Part shown: positions 35,113-41,878 of the stretch, in pieces
Numbering within the stretch: the stretch's first letter is position 1
Layout: the number at the start of each line of letters is the position of its first letter
NCBI GenBank assembly: GCA_043813215.1
Contig: JBDRLH010000018.1
Coordinates: forward strand, 1 to 41,878
Length of the DNA stretch: 41,878 nt
Origin: Parcubacteria group bacterium
Lineage (GTDB): Bacteria; Patescibacteriota; Minisyncoccia; Minisyncoccales; JAQTPW01
Direction of reading: 5' to 3'
Made by a program: the position numbers and the translations under genes
The notes under the pieces: model-generated
Databases searched by the model: none
Told to the model about the DNA's origin: nothing
What the model saw: only the letters and a program-made list of their open reading frames with translations

Positions 35113-35787
35113 ATGAAGGTAAGTATTGTTATCCGAGCCTATAATTCAGAAAAAACTATTAAAAAAGCGGTGAATAGTGCATTAAGCCAAGATTTTCCCA
35201 AAAAGGAGCTTGAAGTTATCGTTATTAATGACGGTTCAACCGATAAGACTTTAAAGATTTTGAAAGATTATAAAAAGAAAATTCGCTTGATCAGCCAGAA
35301 AAATCAAGGAGCAATTCCTGCGGCCAACCGAGGGTTTATGGCGGCCCGAGGAGAATATATTATTTTATTGGATTCTGATGATTTTTTTAAACCAACAATT
35401 TTGAAAGAAATGGTTGCAATTTTAGATAAAAATCCAAATATCGATTTTGTTTACTGTGATTATTATGAGAAAAGTCCCAGAGGAAATATAAAAATTATTT
35501 CAACTAAGAATATTTTTAATACAATAGCCGGTGGAATAATCTTCAAAAGAAGAAAATTAGCAAAAGAAGGATTTTATAATGAAAGGATTAAATTTGTTGA
35601 GTATGATTTGCTACTTAAGACTCAAAATAAGTGGAAGGGGTGTCATATTTCTAGACCTTTATTTTATTATGTCAGAAGAAAAGAGAGTATAGCCAGCAAC
35701 AGAAAGTGGCTGAAAAAAGCCCTGGCCGAATTAAAAAAATTGCATCCTCAAAAAATCAAAGAAATTAAAAAAATCAGAAAATATTAA
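35113..35787 (+). CDS. GT2 family glycosyltransferase
   Basis: The track ORF starts at 35095 inside pseI; ATG 35113 is preferred. VSIVIRAYNSEKTIKKAVNSALSQDFPKKELEVIVINDGSTDKT and LLDSDD (DxD). Confidence 0.75.
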   Translation: MKVSIVIRAYNSEKTIKKAVNSALSQDFPKKELEVIVINDGSTDKTLKILKDYKKKIRLISQKNQGAIPAANRGFMAARGEYIILLDSDDFFKPTILKEMVAILDKNPNIDFVYCDYYEKSPRGNIKIISTKNIFNTIAGGIIFKRRKLAKEGFYNERIKFVEYDLLLKTQNKWKGCHISRPLFYYVRRKESIASNRKWLKKALAELKKLHPQKIKEIKKIRKY

Positions 35788-35798
35788 TTTTTTCGTTT

Positions 35799-36650
35799 AT
35801 GCTAACTATTGCCACTGTCCCCAAGCCGTTTAAAAATCCGCATATAAACATTATTCAGCGGAATGCCATTCAAAGCTGGTTGCTTCTTGAACCCCGGCCA
35901 CAAGTAATTTTATTCGGCAATGATGAGGGAATAGCCGAAGCGGCGAAAGAGTTTGGGGTTTTGCATGTTCCAGAAATTGAAAATGAGTTTGGCATTCCTC
36001 TTCTAAACCGCGTATACAGTTTGGCTCAAAAGGCATCATCCGGTCGGTTTGTCGCTCATATCAACACCGATATTATTTTAATGAGCGATTTTATGAAAGC
36101 TCTCGGCTCAATTAAGTTCGCTTCGTTTTTGATGACCGGCAGGAGATGGGATATAAACATTAAAGAACCAATTCAATTTAAGGAGACTGATTGGGAGAAA
36201 AGATTTCGTCAAAGGCTTATCTTAGAGGGGAAATTACACGGACTAGCTGGCGTGGAATATTTTGTTTTCCCTCGGAATCTGGATCTTAATCTGCCGCCTT
36301 TTGTTGCCGGTCGTCCTGGATATGACAACTGGCTTGTTTATAAAGCCAGATCTAGCAATATACCGGTCATTGATGCAAGCAAGGTTGTAATAGCTGCGCA
36401 TCAAAACCATGATTACAGTCATCGTGCGGGAGGAGAAAAGGGTATTTTGAAAAAAGCAGAAGGTAAACGAAATATTAAATTAGCCGGTGGTTTCGCTAAA
36501 ATGTTAACTCTCCGAGACGCTGACTGGGTTCTTACTCCACAAGGTGTAAAAAAACCAGAATTCCCGAGGAGAATCTTAAGCAAATTATCATTGTTTTATC
36601 CCTGGAGAATTTTATTATCGATTAAACGGAAAATACAAAATACCATCTGA
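35799..36650 (+). CDS. Hypothetical protein, possibly a GT-A-like nucleotide-sugar transferase
   Basis: 283-aa ORF tightly packed between GT genes. HINTDIILMSDF may be a DxD-like segment. No family was recognised. Confidence 0.3.
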   Translation: MLTIATVPKPFKNPHINIIQRNAIQSWLLLEPRPQVILFGNDEGIAEAAKEFGVLHVPEIENEFGIPLLNRVYSLAQKASSGRFVAHINTDIILMSDFMKALGSIKFASFLMTGRRWDINIKEPIQFKETDWEKRFRQRLILEGKLHGLAGVEYFVFPRNLDLNLPPFVAGRPGYDNWLVYKARSSNIPVIDASKVVIAAHQNHDYSHRAGGEKGILKKAEGKRNIKLAGGFAKMLTLRDADWVLTPQGVKKPEFPRRILSKLSLFYPWRILLSIKRKIQNTI

Positions 36651-36710
36651 TTTTTTATTTTTTTGTTTTGATATTTATGATATGATTAATTTTACGAAAA
36701 ATTTTTTGAA

Positions 36711-37646
36711 ATGATCAAGTTAAAAGATAAAAAAATTTTGCTTACGGGCGGGTCGGGCTTTATTGGAAAACACATTATTAATAATTTGGTTCAAAAACGC
36801 AACGTACCGCGAGAAAATATTTTTGTTCCCACCATCAAGGAATATGATTTGAGAGAATTGAAAAATTGCCAGAAAGTGGTTGGAAATCAAGACATTGTCA
36901 TCCATCTGGCTGCCGTAACCGGAAATATTGAACTGCACAGACTGCATCCCGGCAGAATTTTTTACGATAATATTATAATGGGTATCCAGCTTGTGGAGGC
37001 AGCCAGGATTGCCGGAATCGAGAAGTTTATAGGAATAGGCAGTGTCACTGCTTATCCTGAAAAAGCCACATCACCTTTTAAGGAAGAGCAGTTCTGGGAT
37101 GGGTATCCGGCAAAAATTCATGCCCCTTATGGTTTTGCCAAAAAAATGTTGTTGGTTCAGGGGCAGGCTTATAGAGAAGAATATGGTTTCAATGTCATTC
37201 ATTTATTATTGACCAGTGTTTATGGGCCGGGAACAAATCCCCAAAGCGGCTATGTAATTTCTTCAATAATTGAGAAAATTCAGAAGGCAAAAAAAGAGGG
37301 CAGGAATTTTATTGAGGTCTGGGGAACAGGAAAGCCAATAAGGGATTTTCTTTATGTTGAGGACGCGGCCGAGGGGATTATTTTGGCAACAGAAAAATAC
37401 GATAGACTCGAACCGATGAATATCGGATCAGGCATAGAGATTTCAACTAAAAATTTGATTAATTTGATTTGCGAATTAATGGATTTCAAAGGCGAAATTC
37501 GTTGGGATGCCACAAAACCTGATGGCCAGTTAAAAAGAATGATAGATGTTTCCAAGGCTAAAAATGAACTCGGCTTTACCGCTTCCACGTCTCTTGAGGT
37601 AGGATTAAAGAAAACCATTGAATGGCATTTGAAAAATTTAAAATAA
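36711..37646 (+). CDS. Fcl/GMER-family SDR, copy 2, lacking the epimerase Cys/His dyad (predicted reductase-only or altered chemistry)
   Basis: ILLTGGSGFIG, YGFAK (YxxxK), KPDGQLKRMIDVSK. GSVTAYP has Thr113 (nt 37047-37049) where copy 1 and E. coli GMER have Cys. GPGTNPQSGYVISSI has Tyr181 (nt 37251-37253) in place of His. Confidence 0.7.
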   Translation: MIKLKDKKILLTGGSGFIGKHIINNLVQKRNVPRENIFVPTIKEYDLRELKNCQKVVGNQDIVIHLAAVTGNIELHRLHPGRIFYDNIIMGIQLVEAARIAGIEKFIGIGSVTAYPEKATSPFKEEQFWDGYPAKIHAPYGFAKKMLLVQGQAYREEYGFNVIHLLLTSVYGPGTNPQSGYVISSIIEKIQKAKKEGRNFIEVWGTGKPIRDFLYVEDAAEGIILATEKYDRLEPMNIGSGIEISTKNLINLICELMDFKGEIRWDATKPDGQLKRMIDVSKAKNELGFTASTSLEVGLKKTIEWHLKNLK

Positions 37647-37650
37647 AATT

Positions 37651-38931
37651 ATGGCAACGAATATTTCCAAAACAATAAAAAAGTGTCGGGTCTGTGGTTC
37701 AAAAAATATAATTTCCCTTCTTTTTTTAGGACGTCTTCATATTTCAAATTTTATTGATAATAAAGAAGGCAATCATAAAATAAAAAAGATAGGCAGGCAA
37801 CCTCTTGAATTGGTAATGTGCAATCCTGATTTAAAGGGTTGCGGATTGATTCAATTAAAGCATACGTGCTCACCAGAACTACTTTATAGGAATTATTGGT
37901 ATCGTTCAGGCGTTAATCGGAGCATGACAGAGGCCCTTTCAGACATCGCTCAAAAAGCAGAAAAAATAGCAAAACCTAGAAGCGGTGATTATATTATTGA
38001 TATCGGTTCTAACGATGCGACTCTTTTCTGTTTCTATAAAACTAAAAATCTTAATCTTGTTGGCTTTGAACCGGCTAGAAATCTTATGTCTTACGCTAAA
38101 AAGAATTGTCCCGCAGGCAAATATATTAATGATTTCTTCAGTTTCAAAGCTTGGCAAAAAAAATTTTTTGGCAAAAAAGCCAAAATTATAACAGCTATCG
38201 CCATGTTTTATGATTTAAACAATCCCAATGAATTTGTTTCCGATATAGTTAAATGTTTGGATAAAAAAGGAGTGTTTATTATCCAGATGAGTTATTTGCC
38301 GTCAATGCTCCAGCAGAATGCCTTTGATAATATTTGTCACGAACATTTGGAATATTATTCGCTCACCTCCCTGAATAATCTGTTAAAAAGACACGGATTA
38401 GAAGTCTTTGATGCAGAATTAAACGATATCAACGGCGGAAGTTTCCGTATCTACATTCAGTACAAGGGATATAGGCCGATAAATAATCGTGTTCATAAAT
38501 TAGAGAAACTAGAAGAGAGATTAAAGCTCTCCAGTAAAAAAACCTATAAAATCTTTGCCTCAAGAATTTTCGCTCTAAGAAAAAAAATAAATAATTTCAT
38601 AAAAAACGAAACTCGGCTGGGCAAACGAGTTTATATTTATGGTGCTTCGACCAAGGGCAATACCCTTTTGCAATTCTTTAATTTAAACAAGGATTTAATA
38701 AAAGCAGCCGCTGACCGAAATCTCGACAAATGGGGTAAAAAAACAGTAGGCACTTTAATTCCTATTATTTCTGAAGAGCAGGCCCGAAAAGAGCGTCCGG
38801 ATTACTTTCTGATTCTTCCCTGGCATTTTTTGAAAGAATTTATTCAACGCGAAAAAGACTATCTTAGGTCAGGAGGAAAATTTATTGTTCCTCTGCCGCA
38901 ATTTAAAATTATCAGCAAGAAAGATTTATGA
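37651..38931 (+). CDS. NDP-hexose C-methyltransferase (TylCIII/TcaB9-like), copy 2
   Basis: CRVCGS...C...GCG zinc module, [54 protein letters not shown]. 426 aa, the same length as copy 1. Confidence 0.7.
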   Translation: MATNISKTIKKCRVCGSKNIISLLFLGRLHISNFIDNKEGNHKIKKIGRQPLELVMCNPDLKGCGLIQLKHTCSPELLYRNYWYRSGVNRSMTEALSDIAQKAEKIAKPRSGDYIIDIGSNDATLFCFYKTKNLNLVGFEPARNLMSYAKKNCPAGKYINDFFSFKAWQKKFFGKKAKIITAIAMFYDLNNPNEFVSDIVKCLDKKGVFIIQMSYLPSMLQQNAFDNICHEHLEYYSLTSLNNLLKRHGLEVFDAELNDINGGSFRIYIQYKGYRPINNRVHKLEKLEERLKLSSKKTYKIFASRIFALRKKINNFIKNETRLGKRVYIYGASTKGNTLLQFFNLNKDLIKAAADRNLDKWGKKTVGTLIPIISEEQARKERPDYFLILPWHFLKEFIQREKDYLRSGGKFIVPLPQFKIISKKDL

Positions 38932-40487
38932 AAGCTGTAATTATTATTCCAACCTATAATGAAAAAGAAAATATTGCCCAGATCGTTTCAGAAATTTTTG
39001 AATTATTGCCGGGAATTTCTATTTTGGTCGTAGACGACAATTCTCCCGATGGCACAGCTGATATTGTTAAAAATTTGCAAAAAGACTTTCTGAATTTATC
39101 ACTATTGTTAAGAAATAAAAAAGAGGGTTTGGGCAGGGCATATATAAATGCATTTGAAGAAATATTGAAAGACAAAAATGTCAAAAAAATTGTGATGATG
39201 GATGCTGATTTTTCTCATAATCCCAAATATTTGCCAGAAATATTAAAAACAGCTGATAATTTTGATGTTGTTATCGGCTCCCGATATATAAACGGAGGAA
39301 AAACGGAGGGTTGGGAACTGTGGCGGAGAATTTTAAGCAGGGGAGCCAATTTTTATTGTCAGCTCGTAACCCATCTTCCGATTTTCGATTATACCTCCGG
39401 TTTTAATGTGATTAATACCAATTTTTTAAGAAAAATTGATTTTTCGAAAATCAATATTTCAGGATACGCCTTTTTAATAGAGCTTAAGTATTTATTGTGG
39501 AAAGAAGGTGCTTCTTTAAAAGAAGTTCCGATAGTATTAAAAAATCGTTTCGGGGGAGAATCAAAGTTTTCGGGCCACATCATCAATGAGGGAATTTTAG
39601 CTCCTTGGAAGATGATTTTCAAAAAAATAAATAAAGAGTGTCCCTTATGTAATAAAAAAACTGCTGTTTTTTTTACCCAGAAAAAATCTTATACTTTTTA
39701 CAAATGCAAAGATTGTGGCTTGATTTTTATTTTCCCAATGCCCGAAAATCATTTAAAAATATATTCCCAGGATTATTTTACTGGTGCTAAAAAAGGTTTT
39801 GGATATGTGGACTACGAGGTTGATAAAAAAGCGATGTCCGCCACCCTCAATTCTTATTTAGATAAAATAGAAAAATTCATATCAAAAAATGGCAAGCTCC
39901 TGGATGTCGGCGCTGCCACCGGTTTTTTTATGGAGTTGGCAGAAAAAAGGGGATGGAAGGTTCAGGGATTAGAAATTTCCGAGTACGCCGCCAAAAAAGC
40001 CAGAGAAAAAGGTTTGGATGTGGCAACTGGAACCTTAGAAAACGCTAATTTTAAGGAAGATTATTTTAATTTGATTACTTTTTGGGATGTTGTTGAACAT
40101 TTGTCGGGCCCCAAATCGACATTGTCATTAGCTTACAAAATTTTAGAAAAAGATGGGATAATAGCCATCAATACTCCGGACTCGGGAAGTTTTATTGCCA
40201 AGTTTCTTAACAAAGGCTGGCACCTATTGGTTCCGCCAGAACATTTATTTTTATTTAATTCAAAAAATCTCAGTAGCGTATTAAAAGAAATTGGTTTTGA
40301 AATATTATTTGTCGGCAAAATTGGGAAAAAATTTACCTTGCAATATGCAATTCAAATATTAGCTAATAAACAAAAATTCTTTGTTTTCGATTGGCTGGCA
40401 AATTTTTTCAGAAATAACTTTTTAGGTAAATTGATTATTCCGTTTAGTCTGGGAGATAATTTTTTCGTTTTAGGATATAAAAAATAA
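38928..40487 (+). CDS. Fusion protein: Dpm1/GtrB-like polyprenol-phosphate glycosyltransferase (GT2) + Zn-ribbon + class I SAM methyltransferase
   Basis: aa 1-230: VIIIPTYNEKENI, ILVVDDNSPDGT, MMDADFSHNPKYLP. From aa 238 (nt ~39636): CPLC...CKDCG, LLDVGAATGFFM, FNLITFWDVVEHL. ATGA overlap with the upstream gene. Confidence 0.7.
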   Translation: MKAVIIIPTYNEKENIAQIVSEIFELLPGISILVVDDNSPDGTADIVKNLQKDFLNLSLLLRNKKEGLGRAYINAFEEILKDKNVKKIVMMDADFSHNPKYLPEILKTADNFDVVIGSRYINGGKTEGWELWRRILSRGANFYCQLVTHLPIFDYTSGFNVINTNFLRKIDFSKINISGYAFLIELKYLLWKEGASLKEVPIVLKNRFGGESKFSGHIINEGILAPWKMIFKKINKECPLCNKKTAVFFTQKKSYTFYKCKDCGLIFIFPMPENHLKIYSQDYFTGAKKGFGYVDYEVDKKAMSATLNSYLDKIEKFISKNGKLLDVGAATGFFMELAEKRGWKVQGLEISEYAAKKAREKGLDVATGTLENANFKEDYFNLITFWDVVEHLSGPKSTLSLAYKILEKDGIIAINTPDSGSFIAKFLNKGWHLLVPPEHLFLFNSKNLSSVLKEIGFEILFVGKIGKKFTLQYAIQILANKQKFFVFDWLANFFRNNFLGKLIIPFSLGDNFFVLGYKK

Positions 40488-40494
40488 CCCTTCC

Positions 40495-41766
40495 ATGATA
40501 AATATTTCGAAAATTTTTATAAAAATAGATAATTTATTTAAGAACAAAAAGATTTTACTCCTGATTTGTCTTCTTCTTCTATCTTTTCAATTATGCTACA
40601 GTTTTCTTTATCCTACTCACGGACCTAGGGGCAAGGCCTGGCTGTCTCTCCCTGACTTGATTTCCCATGAAAAATCTCCGCTTGATGCTTCCGAAGGGCT
40701 GCTAATTACTAAAGCCTACGGACTTTTAAGTAATTATTATATCAATGCCGACGGGGGGCAATATCTGCTTTTAGCTAATAATTTCCCCAATTATTATATC
40801 GGAAACAATCCCGTTATTTTAGACAGGCCGTTTTATTCTTTTTTAATTGCCGTTATCGCTTTTTTGCCACGCTTATTCTTTGATTCTTATGCAACGCTTT
40901 TTGCTTCGGCAATTTTTCTTAATTTTATTCTGGGTTTCTTTTCGGTTGTATTATTTTACTATCTTTGTGAAAAATTAATCAGTTCCCGAGTGGCTCTCCT
41001 GTCGTCCTTACTGTTAATTTTCTCTCCATATTTTCATTTTTGGCTAGTCCAACCCGTGCCGAACATATTTACCATTTTTATAATTGTAGCCACTCTTGTT
41101 CTCTTGGAAAAATATATTAAAAATCCATCAAGTCTTAAGCTTATTGTTTTCTCTTTGATTATCGGCGTGTTTATGTTGGGGAAAATGATTTTTGCCATGC
41201 CGATTTTTATTCTTTTCTCTGCTTTTTATTTCAAGAGATACAAGGAGGGAATAATATTTTTAATAATTCACTTGATTCCTCTGATTTTTTGGTATTTATT
41301 TGTTGTAACAAAGCTCGGAATACCTTATTACATCAATGAAGCAGATTACGGTGTGGGCGTATGGTTGCTTGATGCTTTTCATTCTCCGTGGTATAAAACT
41401 TTTGAAATCTTCCTTAGTGTTTTGCCCCAGTTTGTCTATGTAGTAATTTATGCGTTTTTATTGATACCGGTGATTTTTAGCATCTTCGGTTTCAAAAAAC
41501 TGATTTTTAAAATCGGGCACTTTTTTGCTTTGAATTTTATTCTTTCTTTCTTGATATTATTATTTATAATGAATCTTTATTCCCCGCGTTATGGATTTTT
41601 TCTTTATCCCATAGTTTATCCTTCTGCCGTTTTGGGGATAGACCAAATAGCGGAATTTTTTAAAAAATATAAAAATTGGTATTCCGCAGTTTTTTATTTA
41701 GTGGTATTTATATTTTTAATAGTCATTTCTAATGCCGATATTTATAAAATTTTTCCCTACGGATAA
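40495..41766 (+). CDS. Polytopic integral membrane protein, candidate GT-C-type glycosyltransferase or glycan polymerase/ligase
   Basis: 423 aa, hydrophobic throughout with roughly 10-12 helix-length segments. The first loop contains acidic PLDASEG. It immediately follows the polyprenol-phosphate-sugar synthase fusion. No family was recognised with confidence. Confidence 0.35.
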   Translation: MINISKIFIKIDNLFKNKKILLLICLLLLSFQLCYSFLYPTHGPRGKAWLSLPDLISHEKSPLDASEGLLITKAYGLLSNYYINADGGQYLLLANNFPNYYIGNNPVILDRPFYSFLIAVIAFLPRLFFDSYATLFASAIFLNFILGFFSVVLFYYLCEKLISSRVALLSSLLLIFSPYFHFWLVQPVPNIFTIFIIVATLVLLEKYIKNPSSLKLIVFSLIIGVFMLGKMIFAMPIFILFSAFYFKRYKEGIIFLIIHLIPLIFWYLFVVTKLGIPYYINEADYGVGVWLLDAFHSPWYKTFEIFLSVLPQFVYVVIYAFLLIPVIFSIFGFKKLIFKIGHFFALNFILSFLILLFIMNLYSPRYGFFLYPIVYPSAVLGIDQIAEFFKKYKNWYSAVFYLVVFIFLIVISNADIYKIFPYG

Positions 41767-41784
41767 TTAAATTTTTATAACTCT

Positions 41785-41878
41785 ATGATTAAGATAACTT
41801 ATATAAAAAAAATAATTATAGTAATTGGGATAGTAATGATTGTTGTTGTCGGTGGCTGGCTGGTGTTTTCTGACAAGA
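41785..41878 (+). CDS. 5' end of a further gene encoding an N-terminally membrane-anchored protein (truncated by the window edge)
   Basis: ATG 41785, then MIKITYIKKIIIVIGIVMIVVVGGWLVFSDK. The frame is still open at the end of the window. Confidence 0.35.
   Translation, partial: MIKITYIKKIIIVIGIVMIVVVGGWLVFSDK

Noticed and set aside
36651-36710. Possible internal promoter in the 60-nt gap before the second Fcl-like gene (TTGATA at 36668-36673 and several TA-rich hexamers).
   Set aside because: No -35/-10 pair with acceptable 16-18 nt spacing could be found, and the gap is almost pure A/T, where such hexamers arise by chance. No terminator hairpin precedes it.
1-41878. Search for CRISPR arrays, tRNA/rRNA genes, an alternative genetic code (UGA recoding) and programmed frameshifts.
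   Set aside because: No regularly spaced repeats and no cloverleaf-like or rRNA-like segments were seen in the few intergenic regions. All genes read through cleanly with the standard bacterial code and end in TAA, TAG or TGA at sensible positions (for example TGA at 6834-6836 and 38929-38931). No gene appeared split.

Overview
AT-rich bacterial window in which every supported gene lies on the + strand. It resembles a low-GC uncultivated (possibly CPR/Patescibacteria-type) genome, but that placement is inference only. The window opens with two secreted envelope proteins. The first is a 1275-aa Thr/Ala/Ser/Gly-rich S-layer-like protein (107-3934) built from seven diverged ~150-aa modules, and it is much GC-richer than the rest of the window. 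The second is a gluzincin-type metalloprotease (4082-5806). Both carry the same coiled-coil + PG_binding_1-like wall-anchor cassette, at opposite termini. After a small excisionase-type HTH gene comes a ~35.4 kb, 34-gene, almost gap-free co-directional glycan-biosynthesis supercluster (6348-41766). Four modules can be read from motifs. (i) A GDP-mannose-derived 6-deoxy/3,6-dideoxy (colitose-like), probably C-methylated sugar module: gmd, Nudix, C-methyltransferase, Fcl/ColC-like, small radical SAM, and a ColD/E1-type dehydratase with His in place of the Schiff-base Lys. (ii) A module bracketed by two ~70-75 percent identical radical-SAM/twitch paralogues. It holds a DAHP/KDO8P-synthase-fold enzyme with an altered phosphate-binding motif, cytidylyltransferases, a methyltransferase and an AsnB amidotransferase, and is a candidate novel CMP-ulosonic acid route. 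(iii) A pseudaminic-acid module (pseB, pseC, pseH, pseI) interrupted by a B12-radical-SAM + cytidylyltransferase pair and extended by a formyltransferase-like protein and an LmbE deacetylase. (iv) A second Fcl-like + C-methyltransferase pair in inverted order, in which the Fcl copy lacks the epimerase Cys/His dyad. It is followed by a Dpm1-like GT2-methyltransferase fusion and a GT-C-like membrane protein. No rRNA, tRNA, CRISPR, transposase or integrase was seen. The leading hypothesis is a heavily SAM-dependent (4 radical SAM, 5 class I methyltransferase domains) surface-protein/S-layer glycosylation system that makes unusual methylated deoxy- and ulosonic sugars. All functional calls come from reading motifs by eye; no database search was run.
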